24,765 bases of DNA from Oligoflexales bacterium (GCA_045105515.1 JBGCDR010000307.1:1-24765); one strand, 5' to 3'. Positions 6,137 to 15,788 are shown, counted from the stretch's first letter. Notes: generated by a model not told the origin, from the sequence alone. Numbers and translations are program-made.

Positions 6137-9100
6137 ATGATGGTAAATGTGGGATTAGAGCGATTATCCAAAAATCAAGGAGTTAATACTTCCCAAGCTC
6201 TCTATAGTTTTATAGATTCCAAGCACTATGTAACTTATATTCATAAACAAGTCGCTGGGCGGGTGCGTCTAAAAGTCCGGGGTCTATATGAGAGCAAGTC
6301 TTTTAAGGATAATTTAACGAATAGGCTGTCGCGTTTTTCCTTTATTGATGAAGTGCGCGCCAACATTCAAACTTCTCGCTTACTAATTGTTTTCGATCGA
6401 AAGAAACAGCATCAAGACCTGCTTGAGCTTGTTGATAGTGTCATAAAAAAAATAGTATTTGAAGAAATGACAGGCGAAAAGGCTGAGTTGTTTGGAGGCT
6501 TTGGGATTCCGAAGCAACAACAAGAGGTTTTATGGCATAGTCTTTCTAAAAATGAGTTAGAGGATGCATGCCAGACAAGTATAAAAGATGGTTTATCTGA
6601 TAGGCAAGTGGAGGAGAAATCATTAAGTTATGGCAAAAATGAGCTTTCCCATGTGGTGTCTGAGTCTAGCACTAAGGTGTTTCTTAGACAATTTTGTAAT
6701 CTACCTGTAGGGGTCCTACTTGGTTCAGCTATGGCTTCGGCGCTACTTGGAAGTATAGGTGATGCAGCACTTATATCGGCAGTGGTATTTGCAAATGGTT
6801 ATATAGCCTATATTACTGAAAAAAAAGCAGAGAAAATTATTCGCTCTCTCAATGAAAAATCACAGGAACCTGTTAAAGTACTTAGAAATGGTAAAACCAT
6901 TGAGATAGTACCAGAGGACTTGGTCATTGGAGATGTTGTTTTTCTTACACAAGGTGAAGTTCCAGCTGATATTCGTCTGCTTAAAGTTGATCACCTTAAA
7001 GTCGATGAAGCAGTGTTAACTGGAGAAAGTTATCCGGTTGGTAAAGAAAAAAGGATTCTTGATTTTGCGGTTCCTTTAGCCAAGCGATCGAACATGGTCT
7101 ACAAAGGAACTGTGGTCACCAGTGGAAGTGGAGTCGGTATCGTTGTTGGTGTGGGTTTGCATAGTGAACTTGGCATGATTCAGTTGCTGACCCAAAAATC
7201 TCAGACACCTGAAACTATTTACCAGAAAAATTTACGCAAGCTCGGCGATGAAATCCTGGTTCTGTGTGTAGTGGTATGCCTCATAGTTTTACTTCTAGGA
7301 TTGGCCCGAGGTTTTAAATTTATCGAAATTGTAAAATCAGCGGTTTCCTTGGCAATAGCAGCGGTTCCTGAAGGCTTAACAACAGTTGGTACCACTGTTT
7401 TAGCAATTGGAGTGACAAAGCTAAGAAAAAACAATGTCTTGGTTAGAACATTGCATGGTGTAGAAGCGCTAGGTTCTATCCAAACTTTCTGTTTTGATAA
7501 AACAGGCACTTTAACTCTCAATGAGATGCAGGTGAGGAAAGTTAATCTTGAGTTTAAAGATTTCAATTTTGCAGATGGAAGCAAAAAGCTAGACCAATTG
7601 CAAAATTATAGAAGTTGGGATCTTCTTATCAAAACTTTGATCCTATGTAATGATAGTCAGGTTGTTTTTGATGGAAAGAACGCTTCCATAAAAGGTAGTC
7701 CCACAGAAAATGCATTGATTCAATTGACACTACAAGCAGGGTATGACCCGAAGGTGATTCGCAGCCGCTTTCCTCGCACAAAAGCAAAGTATCGTTCCGA
7801 GCACAAACAATTTATGCGAACGATACATATTCAGGATGATGGAAAGCCTGATTTTGAAGCGCTGAAAGGAAACCCTTTACAGGTCCTTCGCCTTTGTGAT
7901 CATTGGCAGCAGGGTGATGAACAGCTTCCTTTGAGTTCTGAAAAGCGAGAAAGCTTGATCAATGCAAATAAAACACTAGCTCGTGCAGCTTTGCGGGTTT
8001 TGGGTTTTGCCTACCGAGAACGCAAAACAGGAAGTTATACTTGGTTGGGCCTAGTGGGCCTGCAGGATTCACCAAGGCATGGTGTTAAAGATCTAATTGC
8101 TAAGTTTCATCGAGCAGGGATCGACACAGTAATGCTGACAGGTGATCAATCTCAAACCGCTAAAGCAGTAGGCAAAGAGTTAAACCTAAGTGGCAAGGAA
8201 AATCTTCTGGTTGCCGAGGAAAATTGGTTTGAAAAGCTAAAAAATAATGATAGACCAGCTCAGATCCACAAGAAGTATCATATTTTTCCTCGGGTCAGTC
8301 CATCTACGAAACTTGGCATTGTAGAAGAACTACAAGCGAGCGGTAGTATTGTTGGTATGACAGGAGATGGGATCAATGATGCCCCTGCATTAAGAGCTAG
8401 CAATGTGGGAATTGCTATGGGAGGAGTAGGAACTTCTGTTGCCAAAGAATCTGCAGACATGATCTTGTTGGATGATAATCTGGCAACTATATATGATGCA
8501 ATTATGCTGGGCAGAACTATCAGAAAAAATTTACGCAAGTCTATCCACTTTTTATTTGCAACAAATCTTAGTGAAATATTTCTTATGTTAGGAGCCATAG
8601 GAATGGGTTGGGGAATACCATTGAACCCTATGCAATTACTATGGATCAACTTGGTAACCGATATTTTTCCATCTTTAGCCTTAGCAATGGAGGCACCTGA
8701 TCAAGATATTATGAACACTGCTCCAGAAAATCCAGAAAACCCTTTCTTTAATGCTAAGGATAAGCGAAAGATTGTAGCTGATTCTTTGGTGATAACTGCA
8801 TCAACACTTTTTGCATATCGATTCTGGATATCAGGTCGCAAAGGTTTAGATTATGCCGGAACAGGAGCATTTTTGAGTTTGACGATTTCTCAGCTAATAT
8901 ATGCGCTGAGTCTTCATAATAATGGCCGTCATAATAGTTCTAAAGTAAGACAGCAGGGAAATCCCTACTTGCTGGGTGCTATTTCACTTTGTTTGTTATT
9001 GCTATTAAGCAGTATGAAAGTACCTTTCTTAAAAAAATTGCTTAGTAATAGGCCATTAAGTATCACAGATCAGGGCTTGGCAATTTTGACAGCTGTGCTA

Positions 9101-9187
9101 CCAAATGTTCTGATTGGGATTCGAGAACGTTCTGTGAGCAAGCCTTCGTTTGAACGAGAGACGCAACATGTTATGATGCCTAGCTGA
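6137..9187 (+). CDS. P2A-type (Ca2+/Mn2+-like) P-type ATPase with N-terminal HMA_2/CoBaHMA domain
   Basis: TGES, PEGL, DKTGTLT, TGD, GDGINDAPAL, DDN, TM5 TNLSE, TM6 QLLWINLVTD. N-terminus IHKQVAGRVRLKV...VRANIQTSRLLIVFD. Confidence 0.92.
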   Translation: MMVNVGLERLSKNQGVNTSQALYSFIDSKHYVTYIHKQVAGRVRLKVRGLYESKSFKDNLTNRLSRFSFIDEVRANIQTSRLLIVFDRKKQHQDLLELVDSVIKKIVFEEMTGEKAELFGGFGIPKQQQEVLWHSLSKNELEDACQTSIKDGLSDRQVEEKSLSYGKNELSHVVSESSTKVFLRQFCNLPVGVLLGSAMASALLGSIGDAALISAVVFANGYIAYITEKKAEKIIRSLNEKSQEPVKVLRNGKTIEIVPEDLVIGDVVFLTQGEVPADIRLLKVDHLKVDEAVLTGESYPVGKEKRILDFAVPLAKRSNMVYKGTVVTSGSGVGIVVGVGLHSELGMIQLLTQKSQTPETIYQKNLRKLGDEILVLCVVVCLIVLLLGLARGFKFIEIVKSAVSLAIAAVPEGLTTVGTTVLAIGVTKLRKNNVLVRTLHGVEALGSIQTFCFDKTGTLTLNEMQVRKVNLEFKDFNFADGSKKLDQLQNYRSWDLLIKTLILCNDSQVVFDGKNASIKGSPTENALIQLTLQAGYDPKVIRSRFPRTKAKYRSEHKQFMRTIHIQDDGKPDFEALKGNPLQVLRLCDHWQQGDEQLPLSSEKRESLINANKTLARAALRVLGFAYRERKTGSYTWLGLVGLQDSPRHGVKDLIAKFHRAGIDTVMLTGDQSQTAKAVGKELNLSGKENLLVAEENWFEKLKNNDRPAQIHKKYHIFPRVSPSTKLGIVEELQASGSIVGMTGDGINDAPALRASNVGIAMGGVGTSVAKESADMILLDDNLATIYDAIMLGRTIRKNLRKSIHFLFATNLSEIFLMLGAIGMGWGIPLNPMQLLWINLVTDIFPSLALAMEAPDQDIMNTAPENPENPFFNAKDKRKIVADSLVITASTLFAYRFWISGRKGLDYAGTGAFLSLTISQLIYALSLHNNGRHNSSKVRQQGNPYLLGAISLCLLLLLSSMKVPFLKKLLSNRPLSITDQGLAILTAVLPNVLIGIRERSVSKPSFERETQHVMMPS

Positions 9188-9233
9188 GAGAGGCATTAGG
9201 AGAATAGAAATCTACAAGCAGGAGGGAGTTAAA

Positions 9234-9575
9234 ATGTTTGGTGGACCAAGTTTTATTGGTGGATTCTTAGTTGGCTTTAGCACTGGTTTTGTTTCACGTG
9301 AAATCACAAAAGTGGGTCTTGCTGTGGCAAAGCCAATAACGAAATCTGTTGTAAAAGTTGCTGTGACAAGCCTTGAAAAAGGAAAAGAATCTATTGCATA
9401 CCTTGGAGAGTCTTTTGAAGATCTAATTGCTGAAGTAAAAGTAGGAATGAAGGCAAAACCTGCAACGGAAGCCGCTTCTAGTGGGAAGGCTAGTTCAGCG
9501 GGTAAAGAGTCTTCTGCTAGCAGTGAACCTGTAAAAGAAGCCACAAAGAAGAAACAAAAGGGTTCTGCTACATGA
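9234..9575 (+). CDS. DUF5132-like small protein with Gly-rich hydrophobic N-terminus (FezA-like architecture)
   Basis: GGFLVGFSTG (GxxxG) followed by KPITKSVVK...EKGKESIAYLGESFEDLIAE, the DUF5132 pattern. Strong GGAGGGAG RBS. Low-complexity Ala/Ser/Lys tail. Confidence 0.8.
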   Translation: MFGGPSFIGGFLVGFSTGFVSREITKVGLAVAKPITKSVVKVAVTSLEKGKESIAYLGESFEDLIAEVKVGMKAKPATEAASSGKASSAGKESSASSEPVKEATKKKQKGSAT

Positions 9576-10057
9576 TCTTAAAAGAATGGGATCAAGCAAA
9601 GATCTGTCATCAAATTGATGGAAGAATTAGATTTAGGCTAGACCCTAAAAAGGTGGATGCATTTACACTGCATCGATTCAAAACGGAATTACTAGCAGTT
9701 CAAGGTGTTGAGCAAGTTGAGACAAACCCTAAAACTGGTAGCTTGGTAGTCTACTATGATTCCAATAAAAAGATTAGCTTTCTTGAAAAGTTAATCGAGC
9801 ATAGTGCAAGTCTTGAGAAAAATGCAATGCCTTACTCAAAAAAAATATGGAGATTCATCCAAAAAGGTGGTCAAGGCATCGATTCTTTGCTTTTAGGTGC
9901 TTCGAGAGGCAAGCTTGATCTCAGTTTAGTCATTGCCTTGCTTCTGCTTTTCGCAGCGATGAAACAAATGAGGGTTAACAAGCTGTTACCAGCTGGGTTG
10001 ACTCTAAGCATATTGGCTCTAAATTTCCTAAGGAGTAATGAAGTCCATAGTTTTTAA
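9572..10057 (+). CDS. HMA_2/CoBaHMA-domain membrane protein (FezC-like architecture)
   Basis: HQIDGRIRFR...GVEQVETNPKTGSLVVYYD, then RGKLDL and two hydrophobic segments. ATGA overlap with the upstream stop indicates translational coupling. Confidence 0.82.
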   Translation: MILKEWDQAKICHQIDGRIRFRLDPKKVDAFTLHRFKTELLAVQGVEQVETNPKTGSLVVYYDSNKKISFLEKLIEHSASLEKNAMPYSKKIWRFIQKGGQGIDSLLLGASRGKLDLSLVIALLLLFAAMKQMRVNKLLPAGLTLSILALNFLRSNEVHSF

Positions 10058-10079
10058 TCTTTTGTATAAAACCTGTGCC

Positions 10080-10100
10080 CTTGGCCTTGGATAGGCCAAG
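10080..10100 (+). terminator. Hairpin after the cluster, possible terminator
   Basis: CTTGGCCT-TGGAT-AGGCCAAG, 8-bp stem with only a weak U-tract. Confidence 0.45.
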
Positions 10101-10312
10101 AGTTTGCTAATATTGCAGATCATGCCTATGACTGCTCCTGTCTTAAACTTTTTCATCTGACCACAAAACATACGTTTGAAATTACACTTCAACTTCATCG
10201 TGGATCATCTTCGTATTAAATTTTTATGAGAAATCGTAACATTGTCGTGCTTAATAGCTTGCATATTTGCATTTGATTCATCTATTATGGCGTAAACCTG
10301 CCTGTTTTAAAG

Positions 10313-10328
10313 TGGCATACGGATTGCT
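10313..10328 (+). promoter_or_regulatory. Sigma54 (-24/-12) promoter
   Basis: TGGCATACGGATTGCT matches TGGCAC-N5-TTGCW with exact GG-N10-GC spacing, 54 nt upstream of the 10383 ATG. Confidence 0.65.
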
Positions 10329-10382
10329 TTTATTCTTTCAAGATTGGTATTGTAAAAGTTGTTTATACTTCCCTGAGGAACT

Positions 10383-10964
10383 ATGCTTAAAATATTTAAT
10401 TTTATCATTTTTTTGTTGTTTACTAGTGCTTGTGTAAGTACAAGCCCTTTAGACATTGCTGAAAAGGTTGACGTGAAATGTCAGACACTTGAGCATGCAA
10501 ATTTCCGTGGTTTTTTTGCCGTAGAATGCCAGCTTAAGAACCTTACAGACCAAAAGCAAGCTTTACAAGTGAGTTTCGTGAGATTTCCCCATTATAATGA
10601 AGACATGATAATGTTTGTTCCTAATTATGAATACGAACAAAAATTATCTTATCAGAACACATTTCGTTCGGCTGATTCATTGCACTTTGCACCATTATCG
10701 AGTGTGTTAGCTGGTAAAGAAGACGCTCAGGCACTTGCTGCTCTGATTGCCCAGCTTGCTAAGAGAGGTAAAAGACTCGATTCCCAGTCACAGATGGGTT
10801 ATGAGAAAAATTTTCTTCTTCGGGAAGGATTGTACGTCGAAGCCCATCAGACCATTAACGCCATAGTTTTACTACAAAAAAAGCATAATTCTACCAAGCT
10901 TCCCCGTGATATAGAAATTAGTGTATCTAGGCCTTCAGAGAGTATTCTTACTCGATCACTATGA
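10383..10964 (+). CDS. Hypothetical lipoprotein
   Basis: Signal peptide with lipobox TSA-C17; GAGGA RBS. Overlaps the livF stop region by 6 bp. Confidence 0.75.
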   Translation: MLKIFNFIIFLLFTSACVSTSPLDIAEKVDVKCQTLEHANFRGFFAVECQLKNLTDQKQALQVSFVRFPHYNEDMIMFVPNYEYEQKLSYQNTFRSADSLHFAPLSSVLAGKEDAQALAALIAQLAKRGKRLDSQSQMGYEKNFLLREGLYVEAHQTINAIVLLQKKHNSTKLPRDIEISVSRPSESILTRSL

Positions 10965-11690
10965 TAAATGGGCTTGTTCGTCGGAAATACCTAGGTAAGC
11001 CTGTTTTACTTTTGGGTGTTTCAACAACTCATCGCCATGTCCACTTAGTACAATAACTCCATGTTCCATTACATATGCCCTATCAGAGTGCTTAAGAGCA
11101 AGATTTGCATTTTGTTCTACCAGGAGAATACTGGTTTTTTCTATGTGATTTATTTTCTTTATCATATCAAAAATAGATTTAACTAGTAAGGGAGCTAAGC
11201 CAAGTGAGGGTTCATCGAGTAAGAGGAGTTTTGGCTCCGCCATTAGTCCTCGCGCAATCGCCAACATCTGTTGCTCGCCACCACTCAGTGTCCCAGCAAT
11301 TTGTTTAGCCCGGTCCTTGAGAATCGGAAAAAGCGAATACATATGTTCAAGATTATTGCGAATTTTATTTTTATCCATATTTTTGTATGCGCCAATCAAG
11401 ATATTTTCTTGTACTGTAAATGTCGGAAAAATTCTTCTCCCTTCCGGAACTTGGATGATACCTCTGCGAACGATATCATAAGGACTGAGCGTTTCTATAG
11501 ATTCGGATTCAAAATATATCTTTCCTTGGTGACAGGGCTGGATTCCAGATATGCTCATTAAGGTGGTTGATTTGCCGGCACCATTTGACCCTATTAGGCA
11601 GACGATCTCTCCGGCTTTTATATCAAGAGAAACACCCATCAACGCCTCTATTTTGTGGTATGCAGTCCGAATATTTTCTAGTCTAAGCAA
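10959..11690 (-). CDS. livF: Branched-chain amino acid ABC transporter ATPase
   Basis: GSNGAGKST, VPEGRRIF, LSGGEQQMLAIARGLM, LLLDEPSLGLAP, LVEQN. Confidence 0.95.
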   Translation of the reverse strand: MLRLENIRTAYHKIEALMGVSLDIKAGEIVCLIGSNGAGKSTTLMSISGIQPCHQGKIYFESESIETLSPYDIVRRGIIQVPEGRRIFPTFTVQENILIGAYKNMDKNKIRNNLEHMYSLFPILKDRAKQIAGTLSGGEQQMLAIARGLMAEPKLLLLDEPSLGLAPLLVKSIFDMIKKINHIEKTSILLVEQNANLALKHSDRAYVMEHGVIVLSGHGDELLKHPKVKQAYLGISDEQAHLS

Positions 11691-12472
11691 TCTTCCTCTC
11701 CTAAGTATGCGCTGATTACTTTTGGATTTGCACTTACCTTCGTTGGACTGTCATCTGCAATCACTGTGCCTTGGTCCATGACCACGACGCTATCTGACAG
11801 CTGCATAACAAAGCGCATATCATGCTCAATCAATATGATGGTAACTTGAAAATCTAATCTAATCTTTTGAATTATCTCTCTTAACTCCAAAGTTTCCTGA
11901 GGGTTCATTCCAGCTGCAGGTTCATCAAGGAGTAGCAAGTTGGGGCTTGTTGCCAACGCTCTAGCTATTTCCAATTTGCGTTGGGCAGCATATGGAAGAT
12001 TCCTTGCTTCTTGATTAAAGTTTTTTTCTAACTTTAAGTAAGAGAGAATCTCAAGTGATTTGTGGTAGATTTTTTTTTCTTCGTCACGTTGGCGACTAAA
12101 GCGAAAAATAGCTCCAGTAATTCCTGAGTGAGTGCGACAATGAAAACCAATCATGACATTTTCAAGTACACTCATACGATTGAATAGCCGAATGTTTTGA
12201 AAGGTTCGTGCAAGTCCTAACTGAGTAATTTGGTGTGCTTTCAAGCCTGTTGTTTCTGCAGGATTTCCCTTGTTATTTAAGAAAATTGATCCAGAGCTTG
12301 GCTTGTATATTCCTGTTATGCAGTTGAATAAGGTAGTTTTTCCAGCTCCATTTGGGCCGATCACTGCTTTTATTTCACCTACGCCAACTTTTAAATTAGC
12401 CGACGAGATTGCTTTGATACCAGAAAATGACATGGATAATTCTTTTACTTCGAGGGCAGGTTGTTGCTGCAT
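11678..12472 (-). CDS. livG: Branched-chain amino acid ABC transporter ATPase
   Basis: GPNGAGKTT, ARTFQNIRLF, LLLDEPAAGMNPQE, IEHDM, AYLG. Confidence 0.95.
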   Translation of the reverse strand: MQQQPALEVKELSMSFSGIKAISSANLKVGVGEIKAVIGPNGAGKTTLFNCITGIYKPSSGSIFLNNKGNPAETTGLKAHQITQLGLARTFQNIRLFNRMSVLENVMIGFHCRTHSGITGAIFRFSRQRDEEKKIYHKSLEILSYLKLEKNFNQEARNLPYAAQRKLEIARALATSPNLLLLDEPAAGMNPQETLELREIIQKIRLDFQVTIILIEHDMRFVMQLSDSVVVMDQGTVIADDSPTKVSANPKVISAYLGEEDCLD

Positions 12473-12483
12473 GCCATGGGCCC

Positions 12484-13665
12484 TTAATATTTGAGCTTGC
12501 TGTAATCTGAACTGGGCTTCTTGATAAGTCCTTCAGGTTTGAAAACCATAACTAGTACCATTGATAAGCCAAAAAAAAGCATACGGTATTGCTCTAAGAA
12601 TCGGAAATATTCGGGAAGTAAGATTAGTATCGTAGCAGCTAGGATGACTCCTGCAATGGACCCTAGTCCTCCAAGAATAACAATGCATAGAATGAGTGCA
12701 GATTGATGAAAAGTAAAGCTTGCAGGATTAACAAAGCTATTTTTTGCTGCAAAGAAAGCCCCGATAAACCCTGCCCAAGTTGCCCCAAGACCGAAAGCTG
12801 TTAGTTTGACTTTGGTAGTATTGATTCCCATCAATTCGCAAGCAAGCTCGTCTTCCCGTAAAGCTACCCAGGCTCTTCCAATTCGAGAATATATAAGACG
12901 ATGTACAACCACAACTGTGATGATTGTCATTATTAGAATGAGATAGTATAGATAAATATTCGATTGAATATAATTTAATTTAATTCCAAATAGCCCTGGC
13001 TTAGGGATGCTATAAATGCCTTTAGGTCCTTGAGTGAATTCACTCCATGTCTCTAGTACTATATGGATAATTTCTCCAAAACCCAGAGTTACGATTGCCA
13101 AATAATCTCCCCTTAATCTCAAAACTGGTATACCAAGCAAGATACCTGCAATTGCAGCAAGAACACCCGCTAGGGGGAGAATGAGCCAAAAACTAAATCC
13201 ATAGTGCATATTCATGAGCGCATAAGTGTAAGCCCCAACTGCATAGAAAGCCACATATCCTAGATCGAGTAAACCTGCCAGTCCTACCACAATATTCAGG
13301 CCTAAGCCTAGTACTACATACATTAAAGCTGTTATCAATATGGTGTTGTGATAGGGGGATGCTAGGAGGGGAAGAACAATTAAGCCAATTGCTACAAAAA
13401 TTTTGAAATAAAGCTGTTTATTTGTCAACCATACCTGCGCATTGAGTGTTTTTGTAGAAAGCCAGGTTTGTTTGGAGTGATGTGGCTCAAGTAATGGCTT
13501 TATTAACTTTTTGTAAAAAGCATAGACTACCATCAAGCTCAAAGCTAGGATTAAAGGAATATGAGGGTTGAAGTCGATTTTCTGTTCTGAAAGTCTAACC
13601 TTTAGTCCTAAAATTGGAAAGGTTAGTAAAAAAAACCATAGGCCTATCAAACCCACTTGCTTCAT
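12484..13665 (-). CDS. livM: Branched-chain amino acid ABC transporter permease
   Basis: GLNIVVGLAGLLDLGYVAFYAVGAY, LRLRGDYLAIVTLGFGEI, ALREDE. The ATG at 13665 (MKQVG), after AAAGG, is preferred over 13701. Confidence 0.95.
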   Translation of the reverse strand: MKQVGLIGLWFFLLTFPILGLKVRLSEQKIDFNPHIPLILALSLMVVYAFYKKLIKPLLEPHHSKQTWLSTKTLNAQVWLTNKQLYFKIFVAIGLIVLPLLASPYHNTILITALMYVVLGLGLNIVVGLAGLLDLGYVAFYAVGAYTYALMNMHYGFSFWLILPLAGVLAAIAGILLGIPVLRLRGDYLAIVTLGFGEIIHIVLETWSEFTQGPKGIYSIPKPGLFGIKLNYIQSNIYLYYLILIMTIITVVVVHRLIYSRIGRAWVALREDELACELMGINTTKVKLTAFGLGATWAGFIGAFFAAKNSFVNPASFTFHQSALILCIVILGGLGSIAGVILAATILILLPEYFRFLEQYRMLFFGLSMVLVMVFKPEGLIKKPSSDYSKLKY

Positions 13666-13675
13666 AGGGACCTTT

Positions 13676-14578
13676 CTAGACTTTTTCAGTCGTTTGCACA
13701 CCCAGGAGTCCTGCTGGTCTGAAAATCAGAATCAAAACCAGAAGGGAAAAGGCAAAAACATCTTTATAGCTGCTTGAGATATATCCAGCAGCATAGCTTT
13801 CCACAATCCCAAGGATATAACCACCAACCACTGCTCCTGTGATGTTACCAATGCCTCCAAGCACAGCTGCAGTAAAGGCTTTGATTCCAACAGTAAACCC
13901 AATAAAATAATTGATTTGCCGCATATGAGAGCCTATGAGCACAGCTGCAATCGCAGCTAAACCTGAGCCGATCACGAATGTAGCAGCTATAATGCGATTG
14001 ATATCAATTCCAAGAAGCATAGCCATGGTTTGATCTTGGGAAACTGCCCTCATCGCCATTCCCATTTTGCTATAGCGAGTAAACAAGAGGAGAAGCCCAG
14101 TGGCTAAAAGAGTGGCTACAATGATGACAAAGTCCGTGTTCAGAAGGTAAGTTGAAACTGGCTCTAGAAAGGCAAATTCTGGAATTAATGCTGGGAAGGG
14201 TTGAATCTCAGATCCATATCCCAGTAACACATAGTTTTGGAGAAATATTGACATTCCAATGGCTGAAATCAAGCAGGTAAGCCTTGGAGAATTTCTGAGT
14301 GGTTTGTAGGCCATGCGCTCAACCGTCAATCCATAAGCGCAACCATAGGTTATGGCAATCAGTAGAGTCCCAATGAATATAAAGAGTTTTCCAAATCCAA
14401 GTATTTGAAGAATACTAGCAGATACTAGCGCCACAAAGGCACTGAGCATATATATTTCACCATGGGCAAAATTGATCATTCCAATGATCCCGTAAACCAT
14501 TGTGTAGCCTAGGGCAAGCAATGCATAGATGCTCCCCCTAGATATTCCAGTAATTGTAAGCTCTAAAAGGTAATTCAT
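13676..14578 (-). CDS. livH: Branched-chain amino acid ABC transporter permease
   Basis: ALGYTMVYGIIGMINFAHGE, KAFTAAVLGGIG, FRPAGLLG. Confidence 0.95.
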   Translation of the reverse strand: MNYLLELTITGISRGSIYALLALGYTMVYGIIGMINFAHGEIYMLSAFVALVSASILQILGFGKLFIFIGTLLIAITYGCAYGLTVERMAYKPLRNSPRLTCLISAIGMSIFLQNYVLLGYGSEIQPFPALIPEFAFLEPVSTYLLNTDFVIIVATLLATGLLLLFTRYSKMGMAMRAVSQDQTMAMLLGIDINRIIAATFVIGSGLAAIAAVLIGSHMRQINYFIGFTVGIKAFTAAVLGGIGNITGAVVGGYILGIVESYAAGYISSSYKDVFAFSLLVLILIFRPAGLLGVQTTEKV

Positions 14579-14595
14579 TGTTTTATCCGCTGAGC

Positions 14596-15753
14596 TTACT
14601 TAACTGAAACAAATTTTCCCTTGCCATTTGAACCTGCTTCTACTTTGTACATAGTAAATCCTGAGCCAATTACATCACCTTTTGTATCGAAGCTAATACT
14701 ACCAATGGGAGTTGCAAAATTTTGCTTGTGCAGTTGTTCTTTCACTTTGCTAAATTCTGTAGATTTTGCTGATTTTACGGCTTCGGCTAAGGCTACGACA
14801 GCAGCATATGCGGCTAGTGTGAATGTTCCTGGCTTTTCTTTGTAGGTTTCTTCGTATTGTTTGCTAATTTTTTGTGACATGCTATTGCTTGAGGTGTCTA
14901 CAGGAGCTGAAGCTAAATATCCATTTGAGTCTTTGCCTGCAATTTCAATTAACTTATTGTCTCTTACCCCATCTCCGGAAATAAAAGGTACCTGCAATCG
15001 TAGAGTTTTGCTTCTCGCATTCATGACTAGTTTTGCTGCTTCTGGATGATAGCCTCCAAAAACAACTGCATCTACATTTTTATTTTTTATTTTCTTTAAT
15101 ATTCCAATGTAGTCTGATTGGCCCGGTTTAATACCATCGTATAGACTTACTTTGGTATTTTTTTGTTTTTCCAGACCTTCTTTTACAAGCTTTGCTAAGC
15201 CTTCACCATAGGTGCCATGGTCATGTAAGATGGCTACATTTTTAGCTTTAAGCTTGTTGCTGATATAGTCGACCTGCAGATTAGCTTGTGCTGCATCGTG
15301 AGCAATGGTGCGAAAAAAATTGGGACTCTTTCCATCTAGACTCAGGTCCGGGTTTGTGGAAGCTGGAGAGATCACAACAATGTTAGCTTGTTTATAAATG
15401 TCGAGGACTGCTCGCGTTGCCCCACTGCAGAGGTGGCCTATTACACCAACAACGCCCTCGCCAATAATTTTGTTCGCAGTTGTTACGGCGGTATTCGGCT
15501 CACAAACATCATCAAGTGAAAATAGCTCCAACTTGGAATTTAATACTCCTCCAGCCTTATTGATGTTTTTAACTGCGAGTTCGGTACCGTTCTTGGTAGG
15601 AATCCCGTAAGTTGCAAGGTCCCCACTCAGAGGGCCGATTACACCAATTTTGATTGTCTTTGCAAAAGCATTTGATGAAGTGTCCAATGCAAGCAGCATA
15701 AAGAGACAATATGATATGCAACAAGAAAGTCGCATCAGCAAGTTTCCTGACAT
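14596..15753 (-). CDS. livK: Branched-chain amino acid ABC transporter periplasmic binding protein (LivJ/LivK family)
   Basis: Signal peptide ending AFA; IKIGVIGPLSG, GHLCSG, SPASTNP, GGYHPE. GGAGG RBS. Confidence 0.9.
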   Translation of the reverse strand: MSGNLLMRLSCCISYCLFMLLALDTSSNAFAKTIKIGVIGPLSGDLATYGIPTKNGTELAVKNINKAGGVLNSKLELFSLDDVCEPNTAVTTANKIIGEGVVGVIGHLCSGATRAVLDIYKQANIVVISPASTNPDLSLDGKSPNFFRTIAHDAAQANLQVDYISNKLKAKNVAILHDHGTYGEGLAKLVKEGLEKQKNTKVSLYDGIKPGQSDYIGILKKIKNKNVDAVVFGGYHPEAAKLVMNARSKTLRLQVPFISGDGVRDNKLIEIAGKDSNGYLASAPVDTSSNSMSQKISKQYEETYKEKPGTFTLAAYAAVVALAEAVKSAKSTEFSKVKEQLHKQNFATPIGSISFDTKGDVIGSGFTMYKVEAGSNGKGKFVSVK

Positions 15754-15767
15754 TTTATTCCTCCGAA

Positions 15768-15788
15768 AGTGTTAAAACAATTAACACT
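15768..15788. promoter_or_regulatory. 8-5-8 palindrome just upstream of the livK RBS (operator or 5'UTR hairpin)
   Basis: AGTGTTAA-AACAA-TTAACACT. Confidence 0.5.

Noticed and set aside
6137..9187. Calling the ATPase fezB, copA or zntA
   Set aside because: It lacks P1B transmembrane motifs (CPC/SCP-type) and has the P2A motifs PEGL and WINLVTD.
10028..10198. Minus-strand ~56-aa ORF (MKLKCNFKRMFCGQ...)
   Set aside because: No motif or convincing RBS, and it overlaps the end of the 9572 gene and the hairpin.
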